Below, one piece after another: positions 46,484 to 54,938 of a stretch of DNA of 60,036 nt; within the stretch, counting starts at the first letter, position 1, and every line of letters begins with the position of its first letter. The notes under the pieces were generated by a model, which was not told where the DNA came from, did not search any database, and was given only the letters and a program-made list of their open reading frames with translations. The DNA is from a virus. Its lineage: Duplodnaviria; Heunggongvirae; Uroviricota; Caudoviricetes. The stretch lies in IMG/VR virus record IMGVR_UViG_3300017605_000626, positions 64,001-124,036 of that record. One strand, written 5' to 3'. A program made the translations under genes and the position numbers.

Positions 46484-47401
46484 TTAGTCCGTTCTATCTG
46501 CTGATAATTCAAATCTTATTGGTTCTATATTTTCTAATCTATCTACATAAAATTGACTTTCATTTATAGAATACTTACTAGTTGATTTTTTATTTGCTTT
46601 TTCTTTTTTCTTAGGCTCATCTGTATAATAGTTAAACAACTTTTTCCAAAAATAATCTTTTTGAGTTTTGTTGTTATTTTCCTCTGGATTGAAGTACCAG
46701 AAGGCTCCAATATTTTTTATTGTAATTCCACTAGGAAATGAATTGCTCATTTCATTTCCAAGAAACATTGGTAAATCATGGGTTGATCTGTTTATATCCA
46801 TGCTGCGCCAATAATTTGCATAGACTTTAGGGTTGTTTTTAAAATAAACATAGAATAATCCGCCAGGTTTTAATTGGCATCCTTTTATTTTTGCACTTCT
46901 AGCGTCTAATTCGTATACATTAGAATGATCGTGAGCTAATACTAATCTTGGCCAGATATACGTGTACTTTTCTGTGGTTATTGCCAATCCTTCTATTGAG
47001 GATCTGTTATTTATAGAGTATTGGTTTGATAATTTTAAAGCAGAATAAGCTAGAAAATTAGCATCTAATATTAAGTTGTTTCTTTCGTTAGAACATAGAT
47101 TTTGTACAACGTAATTAAAGGCTCTTTCGTATGTTATTGTGTTTTTACAATAAAATTGTTTTGGAACATTGATTATGTCCGTGAATTTAGATGTGTCTCC
47201 CCATACTTGGTATTTATTATACAGTTCTGCTGATAACTTTTCATACTTCTCCTCCATTCCTTCCTCTTCTGGCAGGGCTTTAATTAAGAAAGATCTTACG
47301 TTAAATTTAGTATGTACTTTAAGAGTTATAACTTGCATTATAGCTCTTTCAAGTTCTTCTAAACTAAGGAGAATTGTAAAAGAATCTGCTGCTGATGACA
47401 T
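46484..47401 (-). CDS. Hypothetical protein
   Basis: 305-aa ORF; no motif recognised. Confidence 0.6.
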   Translation of the reverse strand: MSSAADSFTILLSLEELERAIMQVITLKVHTKFNVRSFLIKALPEEEGMEEKYEKLSAELYNKYQVWGDTSKFTDIINVPKQFYCKNTITYERAFNYVVQNLCSNERNNLILDANFLAYSALKLSNQYSINNRSSIEGLAITTEKYTYIWPRLVLAHDHSNVYELDARSAKIKGCQLKPGGLFYVYFKNNPKVYANYWRSMDINRSTHDLPMFLGNEMSNSFPSGITIKNIGAFWYFNPEENNNKTQKDYFWKKLFNYYTDEPKKKEKANKKSTSKYSINESQFYVDRLENIEPIRFELSADRTD

Positions 47402-47404
47402 TTA

Positions 47405-48253
47405 TTATAGAACCTCATTCATCCAGTAATTTAAGAAAGCCACTTTTCTAGTAAAATATGATTGATCACTACTGTCCCAATTAGATCCTCTACCAAAATG
47501 CAACCAAGCATTATCTATAATCCAGAATTTAAATGCAGGATCATGCAGATGTTGAATAGATTTGGGTATTTTGTTGCCCACATCTAAATTCAAAGAATAT
47601 TCGTCTGGTTCTAGATGAGAATCTTTTATTAGGAAATGCAGCATAGCTCCAGAATCGAAAGGCTTATATCCTGCATTGAATTTTCTCCAGTATTCATCCC
47701 ATGTAAAACCATGTTCTTCGTCACAGATAAAGAAATCATTGGTTTCAGCATGAATCATGGCACCACGGAAATCGACAGATTTATATAGTCCATACATTCT
47801 AAATATAGGACCATTAAATACTATAAGTCCTGGCCAAAGATATGTTATTTCTTCACTGCCTTGTTTAAGCCCACACATATAGTAATCTAATTTACGGGTT
47901 ACTACACTAGGTTTTGTTATAGGAAATATGTCAAAATCAACTATGATATCACAAGTACTGTTTTTGTTTGGTACTATATTTCTAAATATCCAATTTAAAC
48001 TTTCTTGGTGTGATGTTCCAACTCTATCAAATTTGTTGTGTGTGGGTCTTATACATTCAATACCTCTTTCATTACAGTATGAGAAAATATGGTTGGCTTC
48101 ATTATCATTTCTGCCGTTGTTTATTACAACGAAGTTTACTACATTCTTTTCGCCGCCTTCTTTTGAAGGCATAGTAAGAAATTTATCAAATGATTTTAGT
48201 TGTAAGTCTAAAAAAGTTGTATTTATTAGGGTAGAGTAGACTGTATATTCCAT
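47405..48253 (-). CDS. Putative GT-A glycosyltransferase (orphan family; paralog of 38364)
   Basis: FVVINNGR, VDFDIFP (DxD), YLWPGLIVF, FDSGAML. Confidence 0.5.
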   Translation of the reverse strand: MEYTVYSTLINTTFLDLQLKSFDKFLTMPSKEGGEKNVVNFVVINNGRNDNEANHIFSYCNERGIECIRPTHNKFDRVGTSHQESLNWIFRNIVPNKNSTCDIIVDFDIFPITKPSVVTRKLDYYMCGLKQGSEEITYLWPGLIVFNGPIFRMYGLYKSVDFRGAMIHAETNDFFICDEEHGFTWDEYWRKFNAGYKPFDSGAMLHFLIKDSHLEPDEYSLNLDVGNKIPKSIQHLHDPAFKFWIIDNAWLHFGRGSNWDSSDQSYFTRKVAFLNYWMNEVL

Positions 48254-48256
48254 AGG

Positions 48257-49081
48257 TTAGGGCATTAACATCGTTCCAGGATAATATAAATCATGTTTGG
48301 TAGGGCCTTTAGGACCAAACCATTTAGCGGGGGTTACTACTAATTTATTAGCGTGATCACTAAGCCATGATCCCCACCAGCTAAAAGAGCTGTTAGCCAT
48401 AATATGATACTTACATTTAGACATTACATAAAGAGATTTGATATCACTCTTTTCATTTATAGGTATGTAGTTACAGTTTGGGAAAGATTCTTTAAACCAT
48501 CTTTCAGTAAAGTACATATCATCTGAAAATAAAAGAAACATTTTAGCTTTGGTTGTGCCGTTGGTTAGAGTTTTTACAAAATTAACCGCTTTTTTGTAGT
48601 AATCCGTTTTAATTAAATTGGTGTGGTATTCCTCTAAATCTAGGTAATCTCCGCGCCTCACATGTAGGGACACTAAAGTTATATCATCGTGGTTTAATAT
48701 AGGATTATTTTCATGTATAATTTTTCTTAGCACTGGTAATAAAGAAAACGTATTTCTTATTTCTTCTTTACAATCTTTGAAGTATTTTTCAGATTGAAAG
48801 TAACCCATTAGATCATAGTTAAATGATCTGTCGCTAAGATCTAGGTGTTTATAACTAAAATCCGCCTCTCTTACTATTTTGTACCCTTGATAATCAAGAG
48901 ATTTTTCATGATATTGTTCTAGATTAGGCAATCCATTTTCGAAATATACGCCATAGTTCCAAATAGGGAAGTAGGCATCTTTCTTATTTGCTCTAGCTAG
49001 ACCTATTGTTGACGCAATTTCGAATAAACAATTGCCGAGGCGGCCCATCTTACCTAAACGAGAGAATGTAACGATTGACAT
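48257..49081 (-). CDS. Alpha-1,2-fucosyltransferase-like (GT11)
   Basis: GRLGNCLF, GYFQSEKYF, SLHVRRGDY, FSDD, ANSSFSWWG. Confidence 0.93.
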   Translation of the reverse strand: MSIVTFSRLGKMGRLGNCLFEIASTIGLARANKKDAYFPIWNYGVYFENGLPNLEQYHEKSLDYQGYKIVREADFSYKHLDLSDRSFNYDLMGYFQSEKYFKDCKEEIRNTFSLLPVLRKIIHENNPILNHDDITLVSLHVRRGDYLDLEEYHTNLIKTDYYKKAVNFVKTLTNGTTKAKMFLLFSDDMYFTERWFKESFPNCNYIPINEKSDIKSLYVMSKCKYHIMANSSFSWWGSWLSDHANKLVVTPAKWFGPKGPTKHDLYYPGTMLMP

Positions 49082-49087
49082 TGTGTT

Positions 49088-49357
49088 TTACTCTTCATCA
49101 ATTTTTATTTTTGTTAAGTCTGGTAGTGTAATGTATGGTATAGAGTATTTTCCAGTGCCACAATCTAATGATAATCTTTCTTCTGTATTTAAAACGTCGT
49201 TGTTTCCCGCAAGTTCAAATTTTAAATACCTGTTACAATCACAACTAAAATTACCTTCTTGCCATAAGAAGAAAGAGCCGTCTTCCCACTCAAAGTCTGA
49301 TGTATAGTTTCTAATTTCTTTTGTTAGGTTATTTTTAATAGTGACTATGTATGGCAT
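49088..49357 (-). CDS. Hypothetical protein
   Basis: ORF track; GNFSCDCNR. Confidence 0.5.
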   Translation of the reverse strand: MPYIVTIKNNLTKEIRNYTSDFEWEDGSFFLWQEGNFSCDCNRYLKFELAGNNDVLNTEERLSLDCGTGKYSIPYITLPDLTKIKIDEE

Positions 49358-49551
49358 GATGAATTTGATTCCTCTTTTGTTGTATTTTCTTTAGGTGGCA
49401 ACTCCTGTAATCTAAGGCAGGTGCACGGGTGCTTGGTTTTAGTTACTAAGTTCGTGCCAATAAATCCTCTACCGTGGCAAAGATGGCAATTACTTCTTGG
49501 CACAATAACGTGTTTTTCTGGATTATAGCCATGTAAGAAGTTCTTATTCAT
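49345..49551 (-). CDS. Small zinc-binding protein (CxxCxGxG)
   Basis: CHLCHGRG..CTC. Confidence 0.5.
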   Translation of the reverse strand: MNKNFLHGYNPEKHVIVPRSNCHLCHGRGFIGTNLVTKTKHPCTCLRLQELPPKENTTKEESNSSCHT

Positions 49552-50258
49552 TAGATTTTATTTAACCTCGCAAATTTACCAAAATATTTTACCGCAGCCT
49601 CATTGTATGCTTGTGCAGCTTCTATTTCTGTTTTAAATCTACCTAGACTAATTCTTTTATAGTTTAATCCAATTTGTGATACCCAAGTTTTATATGTTTT
49701 ACACCACCACACGCCTTTGTATTTACTTGTAATGAGTTTCTTTCCTTTATAATTTTGTTTTTCTTTGTTCTGTGAATTTTGTAAGTTAGTGGCCTCCCTT
49801 AAATTTTCTTTTCTATTGTCTAAACCATTACCATTTTTATGGTCTACCTGTTTGTCTGTAGTTATTAGTAAGCGGTGTAATTTTACATGATATCCTTTTG
49901 ATTCAGATTGAACATAGAATTTAATATTGTTTTGGTAGTTGTAGTTAGCCATTAAATACCATCTATAATCTTTTACCTTATCATAATCTTCTTTATCAAT
50001 TAGGCAAATTTTTTGGCCATGCTTAGGCGACTTAATTATAATTCCTATAGTTTTATTGTCAATTTCTACTATATTATTTACATGTATTTTCCCACATGAC
50101 TTTGTACTTCCATCTTTTAGGGAATCGCTCCTTACTACTGTTTTATTGCCACAAGTACATAGACAATTCCATCTTTGGCGGCCATTTTGATCAGTGTGGC
50201 TGTAACCTAATACTTTTAAAAAGCCAAATTTTTTACCTGTTAGATCTTTAAATTTCAT
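49551..50258 (-). CDS. HNH-AP2 homing endonuclease
   Basis: VDHKNGNGLDNRKENLR; SKYKGV..AAQAYNEAAVKYFGKFA (AP2). Confidence 0.92.
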   Translation of the reverse strand: MKFKDLTGKKFGFLKVLGYSHTDQNGRQRWNCLCTCGNKTVVRSDSLKDGSTKSCGKIHVNNIVEIDNKTIGIIIKSPKHGQKICLIDKEDYDKVKDYRWYLMANYNYQNNIKFYVQSESKGYHVKLHRLLITTDKQVDHKNGNGLDNRKENLREATNLQNSQNKEKQNYKGKKLITSKYKGVWWCKTYKTWVSQIGLNYKRISLGRFKTEIEAAQAYNEAAVKYFGKFARLNKI

Positions 50259-50836
50259 TTTTGACCTCTTAATGCTTTATAGTATTCTACGTTGTCGTGT
50301 CCTTTTCTATCTTTCAGAATTTCCATTAATTCTACTTCCGAGAAAGGCTCAGCCCTCCCTAATATTTCTATAGCACTATCAATACCTACATCCATAGATC
50401 TTCTTTCTGGAAAGAGATCATTTAATAACTTTTCTCTGTTGTTGTGCATATGCCCATAAAAATGGTATGAACCATGATGCGACTTGTCCCAGAATATCAT
50501 AGGGTAATGACAACACACTGCTAATGCCCCATTAAATAGTTTAAATGTTTTAGACTCTATTAGATTTGGGCCAAATGTTTGTCTGCTCTTTTGTTTGTTA
50601 TCATGATTTCCCAATATGAATATTACATTTTTGCATTTTATTTGCATTCTATGCTTTGCTGGATTTTTCCAAGAGAAATCACCAATGATAACCAGAGTAT
50701 CTTTAGGCCCCACCTTATTATTTATATTTTCCATTACTACTTTAGCATGTTCTTCGGGATTAGTAAAGCCTTTTCTGCCTAATTTAGTAATCAGATTATC
50801 ATGTTCTAGGTGTAAGTCCGCCGAAAAGAATAACAT
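50255..50836 (-). CDS. Calcineurin-like metallophosphoesterase
   Basis: ADLH, GDF, GNHD, HYP, GHMH, DVGID. Confidence 0.9.
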   Translation of the reverse strand: MLFFSADLHLEHDNLITKLGRKGFTNPEEHAKVVMENINNKVGPKDTLVIIGDFSWKNPAKHRMQIKCKNVIFILGNHDNKQKSRQTFGPNLIESKTFKLFNGALAVCCHYPMIFWDKSHHGSYHFYGHMHNNREKLLNDLFPERRSMDVGIDSAIEILGRAEPFSEVELMEILKDRKGHDNVEYYKALRGQK

Positions 50837-50837
50837 A

Positions 50838-51071
50838 TTATTCCTGTTTGTTTTGTGCTTCTATTTCTTTCTCTTCTTCAATTCTTTTTAGCTGCGTTGT
50901 TAGGTTGCCTATGATATCAATATGAGAAAACAATATATCAATGGTTTGGTCATTTACTTTTAACAAACTATTTGAATGTTCAATTAAGCCTTTAATATTT
51001 TTCTTTAAACATTCATTTTCGTATGTAACTTCTTCGATCTTCTTCTCTAAAGCTGCTGTAGATTCTGACAT
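50838..51071 (-). CDS. Hypothetical coiled-coil protein
   Basis: ORF track. Confidence 0.5.
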   Translation of the reverse strand: MSESTAALEKKIEEVTYENECLKKNIKGLIEHSNSLLKVNDQTIDILFSHIDIIGNLTTQLKRIEEEKEIEAQNKQE

Positions 51072-51325
51072 TATTCCATTTCCTCTTCTTTTTGTCTTCG
51101 TCTTTTATCTTCTTTTTCTTTTAGTTCTGTTAAATTTCTTACTTTATTTTTTCTAAGAATTTCATTATATTCATAATCATCCCACCAACGAATATCTTTT
51201 GTAAAACCACAACCAGAGCAAATTATATTATTTTCATCTACACGATAAGTTAATTTTCCTTTATTTATCTCTTTACAACAAGAGCCGCCACACACTTGTT
51301 TAGTGTCACATTTAGGACAATTCAT
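51071..51325 (-). CDS. Hypothetical zinc-ribbon protein
   Basis: CPKC..C..CC..CSGC. Confidence 0.5.
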   Translation of the reverse strand: MNCPKCDTKQVCGGSCCKEINKGKLTYRVDENNIICSGCGFTKDIRWWDDYEYNEILRKNKVRNLTELKEKEDKRRRQKEEEME

Positions 51326-51396
51326 ATTTTATTTAAATTAGCAAATTCACCAAAATATTTAATAGCTGCTCCATTATATGCCTGTGCAGCTTCTAC
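51322..51396 (-). pseudogene. Remnant C-terminus of an AP2-domain homing endonuclease
   Basis: VEAAQAYNGAAIKYFGEFANLNKI* versus IEAAQAYNEAAVKYFGKFARLNKI* of the 49551 gene. Confidence 0.8.
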
Positions 51397-51397
51397 A

Positions 51398-52060
51398 TTA
51401 TTTAATACAATCCTCATAACTTACAATTTTTTCCTGAATGTCACTATAGGATTTTCTTTGTGAAACTAGGGCAGGATAGAATGAATAAGCTTTAATTTGA
51501 TTGTTGTCTTGAAGTTCAGCGTACATAATATCAAGTTGTTTATTTATATTCTCTGCCCAATTATCATTTTTACCTTTTATTTTGTTTATTATAACAGAAT
51601 AGGCCGAGCTTTTCAATGCATAAGCACTAGTGGTAAGTGACCAATTACATTTCATTACAAATTTATTTATAAGATGATCTCTTTTTCTTGTCCAACTAAT
51701 TTCATTGTGGTTGCTTCCCAAGTATAGTTGTTGCCAGTTATTAGGCACTAATTTATATCTTTCAGAGAAGTAGAAATCTATGCCTGGGTTTATCAGTGCG
51801 TCATCTTCTAGTATTAAAACAGAATCTAACTTCATAAGTTGTGCTAGTTCTATTATTTGGAGATGGCTTACTATGCATCCTATTTCTGCTGGTTTCAATC
51901 CCTTAGTAAAACCCCAAGGATTCCCTTTAACAGCTATTCTTCTTGTAGCTTTTATGCCTAGCTTATCTAGCTGTGCTTCCATTTGCTGGCGTCTGTCAGT
52001 GCGGTGCTCTAGGTTTATATAGAATATATGGGGGAAGTACCTGTTTAAGATTGAAGACAT
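51398..52060 (-). CDS. Glycosyltransferase family 25
   Basis: YINLEHRTDRR, EIGCIVSH, LILEDDA, AYAL. Confidence 0.9.
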   Translation of the reverse strand: MSSILNRYFPHIFYINLEHRTDRRQQMEAQLDKLGIKATRRIAVKGNPWGFTKGLKPAEIGCIVSHLQIIELAQLMKLDSVLILEDDALINPGIDFYFSERYKLVPNNWQQLYLGSNHNEISWTRKRDHLINKFVMKCNWSLTTSAYALKSSAYSVIINKIKGKNDNWAENINKQLDIMYAELQDNNQIKAYSFYPALVSQRKSYSDIQEKIVSYEDCIK

Positions 52061-52178
52061 TTATATCTTTTTGATTTCTTTTGTTTATCTAATTCTTTGT
52101 CTAAGGAATCTTGAATCCTTGCCAATACTTTTTTTGCTTTGTTATTAATTTTAGCTTTAGTTAATTTTGGGTTTCTTT

Positions 52179-52616
52179 TTACCAAGTTGGTTCCTTTCCG
52201 GCTCTAGCATCTCTCCATGTAAACTGTGGTGGTTCTAAATGTGGAGTATCTTTCTTTCTTCCGGGCCAATCTCCACCCCAAGCTAGCCCATATGATTTGG
52301 CAATTTGTGCAAATCGTCTAAAGAATTCTTCATTCCAAAAAACTTCTTTGCCTTTTCTGAAAGCAAAATCAACAGCAAAAGAAGGTTTATAGTTATGTAA
52401 GCTTTGATAAGCTTCAGCATGTGTGACAATTGGACCTGGTTTTGTTCTGCCTTGTGCATAAAGTTCTGTTTGTTCTTCTGGACTTCTGTATGTGCATGTT
52501 ATAAATACGTCTGGAAGCTCTGGTTCTATATTTCTTAATTTGTTCCAACCTTCTACCGCCTTAAGCCACCGAGATACTATTTCAGGGTGTAGATCCTCTA
52601 GTTTTCTTGATGCCAT
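52179..52616 (-). CDS. M15-family (L-Ala-D-Glu type) peptidase, probable endolysin
   Basis: TYRSPEEQTELYAQGRT, SLHNY..AVDF, WGGDW, DTPHLE; likely ATG at 52616. Confidence 0.9.
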   Translation of the reverse strand: MASRKLEDLHPEIVSRWLKAVEGWNKLRNIEPELPDVFITCTYRSPEEQTELYAQGRTKPGPIVTHAEAYQSLHNYKPSFAVDFAFRKGKEVFWNEEFFRRFAQIAKSYGLAWGGDWPGRKKDTPHLEPPQFTWRDARAGKEPTW

Positions 52617-52833
52617 TACTTCTTCTCCCACGTAGTTTTTGTTCTACGATATTAAGATTTTTACTGTAGTATGTTAGCTTTTCCTCTATTTCTTGTGAAG
52701 AAAATTGAACGCCGCCATACCTTAACTTATTGTCTATTAATATAGCCCAATCTGATGTGTTGACTACGGGCATTATAACTATATACTTATATTTCTTTGA
52801 ATCAATAATTTTAAAAAGCCTTGGTTGTCTCAT
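52582..52833 (-). CDS. Hypothetical protein
   Basis: ORF track. Confidence 0.45.
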   Translation of the reverse strand: MRQPRLFKIIDSKKYKYIVIMPVVNTSDWAILIDNKLRYGGVQFSSQEIEEKLTYYSKNLNIVEQKLRGRRSNGIKKTRGSTP

Positions 52834-53104
52834 TCTCTACTTTCAATAGACTTTTCTTTGTGGGTATAATTTTTTCTATGTCCCATACAGGCCCTGTTTC
52901 TATAAAGTTTTCTACTAGAATATCTGCGTCTGTAACTATACTAGTTACTTTAGTTATTGTATATATTCTTTTAACATCATTGATGAATAGTGCGTGTAGT
53001 CCCACCTTGAGCTCAGGAGTGTTTATTAACCATTCTTGTCTATGGTCTAGAACGTCATCATCAAAATTTTCAAATTCAACTAATATAGCTTGTTTATTAA
53101 TCAT
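52811..53104 (-). CDS. Hypothetical protein
   Basis: ORF track. Confidence 0.45.
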   Translation of the reverse strand: MINKQAILVEFENFDDDVLDHRQEWLINTPELKVGLHALFINDVKRIYTITKVTSIVTDADILVENFIETGPVWDIEKIIPTKKSLLKVENETTKAF

Positions 53105-53639
53105 CTGTGCAAATGTCCAATTCTCTCCATCTCTTAAGAAACAGTTCTTTACCTTGTTTAAAGCTTTTCGCAGGCTCCCAATCTATTTTCTTTAATATCT
53201 TCTTAGCTCCAATGCTATCTTCATCGCCCCAATATACTACACGTTCTATCAAATATGCAAGCTCATCAAATTCTTTAACTCTTTCCCAAGCCGCCTTATC
53301 ATTAAAGATTTTATACTTATTTAAGATAAGTAGTGTAGCACCATGTTCTAATTTTCTATAGTTAGGAAGAAGTATCTTTAAAGGTCTGGGCACTTCAACA
53401 TAGTAACTTTCTCCAGTGTCGTGCCCTAGCCCTAAAGGCTTGTATTTCTTTTCTTTAACTAAGTAACTGACCAATCTACTGTGGTCGTTTATAGGGCAAA
53501 ATCTTTTTGAATGCCCACCATATCGACATAACTGTGAGCCAGAATGCGCTATATCCTCTATAGTTACATTGTCAATAGTCTTATGAAAGTTAGATAAATC
53601 TATATAGTTATTACTTACTGTTCGTATAATATTACTCAT
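53097..53639 (-). CDS. HD-domain phosphohydrolase (YfbR-like)
   Basis: IEDIAHSGSQLCRYGGH, DHS, GHDTGESY; AAGGA RBS. Confidence 0.8.
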   Translation of the reverse strand: MSNIIRTVSNNYIDLSNFHKTIDNVTIEDIAHSGSQLCRYGGHSKRFCPINDHSRLVSYLVKEKKYKPLGLGHDTGESYYVEVPRPLKILLPNYRKLEHGATLLILNKYKIFNDKAAWERVKEFDELAYLIERVVYWGDEDSIGAKKILKKIDWEPAKSFKQGKELFLKRWRELDICTDD

Positions 53640-53655
53640 TTACTTCCTTTAAATT

Positions 53656-53735
53656 TGGTCCCACTGACGGGATTCGGACCCGTGATAGCCAGCGTGACGG
53701 GCTGGTGCATTGAGCCAGACTTTGCTACAGTGGGA
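53656..53735 (-). tRNA. trnD: tRNA-Asp(GTC)
   Basis: TCCCACT acceptor, CCAGC-CCGTCAC-GCTGG anticodon arm, encoded CCA. Confidence 0.85.
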
Positions 53736-53810
53736 TGGCTGGAGGGGTGGGATTCGGACCCACATATTCTTCATTAACAGTGAAGCGCCTTGCCTGTCGG
53801 CCACCCGCCA
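53736..53810 (-). tRNA. trnN: tRNA-Asn(GTT)
   Basis: CTTCA-CTGTTAA-TGAAG anticodon arm, encoded CCA; abuts tRNA-Asp. Confidence 0.85.
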
Positions 53811-54044
53811 TTAAAAATCTTCATCTAATATGTTTGATATTAATTCCCAAGTACATTTTTTTTCATGCGGATCTTGCCAATCCTGCCCGCAAAATAAACA
53901 TTTGTGGCTAAATTCATCGTAGCAAGACATTCTAGATGTTATCTCCCACATGTATGTTTTTAACTTGGAGAACTTATCTACGTTATTTATCATTCTTATT
54001 AATACTTTTGGTTTAATAAGTGACACATCAATTTTTTGTAGCAT
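53811..54044 (-). CDS. Hypothetical protein (trimmed start)
   Basis: ORF track 53811..54092 overlaps a tRNA; in-frame ATG at 54044 (MLQK). Confidence 0.5.
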   Translation of the reverse strand: MLQKIDVSLIKPKVLIRMINNVDKFSKLKTYMWEITSRMSCYDEFSHKCLFCGQDWQDPHEKKCTWELISNILDEDF

Positions 54045-54064
54045 ATCTTTATTTTCAATAAGTT

Positions 54065-54151
54065 TGGTAGCGGGATTGGGAGTCGAACCCAACTGGGCAT
54101 TAAAGCCATAAGCTTATGAGACTTACAAGTCACCGTAACTACATTCCCGCA
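54065..54151 (-). tRNA. Atypical tRNA with CAT anticodon and long variable arm (Ile2/Met/other uncertain)
   Basis: TAAGT-CTCATAA-GCTTA; 16-nt variable region with GGC-TTTAAT-GCC; TTGGG-TTCGACT-CCCAA; U1:U72 mismatch; ACCA end. Confidence 0.75.
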
Positions 54152-54159
54152 TTATATTT

Positions 54160-54235
54160 TGGAGCCAATGAAAGGAGTTGAACCCTTAACCTTCGCATTA
54201 CAAATGCGCTGCTCTGCCAATTGAGCTACACTGGC
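54160..54235 (-). tRNA. trnT: tRNA-Thr(TGT)
   Basis: GCTC-AATTGGCA-GAGC D arm, TTTGTAA loop, CCA. Confidence 0.9.
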
Positions 54236-54241
54236 TAATTA

Positions 54242-54331
54242 TTACCAAGATTGATAATTGTCTATGTCTACTCCATCAAATACAAATATAAGAACTATTA
54301 CTGCAATTAGAAAAGCAAGTAATCCTATCAT
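54242..54331 (-). CDS. Tiny single-TM protein (29 aa)
   Basis: Translated by hand: MIGLLAFLIAVIVLIFVFDGVDIDNYQSW*; its ATG overlaps the candidate promoter, so the two calls compete. Confidence 0.3.
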   Translation of the reverse strand: MIGLLAFLIAVIVLIFVFDGVDIDNYQSW

Positions 54332-54350
54332 ATCTAAAGTTTTTTGTCAA
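54322..54350 (-). promoter_or_regulatory. Sigma70-type promoter upstream of tRNA-Thr
   Basis: TTGACA-N17-TAGGAT with TG extension on the minus strand. Confidence 0.55.
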
Positions 54351-54377
54351 GTTCAAAATGGTTTATCTAGTAAAATT

Positions 54378-54938
54378 TTAATTAATTGCAGCTATTAATT
54401 TAGCTAGTTCTATAAATCTTTCTTGAGATAAACACATTTTCATATAATTAATATCTTTGTGAACCCATTGTATGTTATCCATTGTGTATCCTTTTGAAGA
54501 ATCAATTCTATCTAAAGAAGCTGTGTTTTCCCCATTGGCTAGCTTTTTAGAATTTTCGGCAAATTCTATAGGAAGTCCTGTTAATTTGCATTTTTTATCT
54601 TGTGCTATAAATAAGTTATAGGCATCTTCTATGGTTATTTCAATTGGAATATTTCTAGTTCTAGCGGTAGCTTTAATTCTACTCCAAATTGATCCTGATA
54701 GTTCTTTATAGCCATTAAATTGTGGATGATTTTGTCTCATTCTTGGCCAAATATTTTTTAAGCGTGAGCAACCACAAGATTTTGTTGGATATTTTTTTAC
54801 TTTTAACTTAGCTCCTATTACAGTTGTTAATTTTCCACAATCACATTTACATAAATAATATTTTCCTCTTTGAGTTTCTTTACGAATGTCATATACTTCT
54901 TCTAAAACCGTTAGTTGGTTGAATTTTAATCCTATCAT
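54378..54938 (-). CDS. HNH-like homing endonuclease
   Basis: CKCDCG, KSCGC, SLDRIDSSKGYTMDNIQWVHKDIN. Confidence 0.85.
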   Translation of the reverse strand: MIGLKFNQLTVLEEVYDIRKETQRGKYYLCKCDCGKLTTVIGAKLKVKKYPTKSCGCSRLKNIWPRMRQNHPQFNGYKELSGSIWSRIKATARTRNIPIEITIEDAYNLFIAQDKKCKLTGLPIEFAENSKKLANGENTASLDRIDSSKGYTMDNIQWVHKDINYMKMCLSQERFIELAKLIAAIN

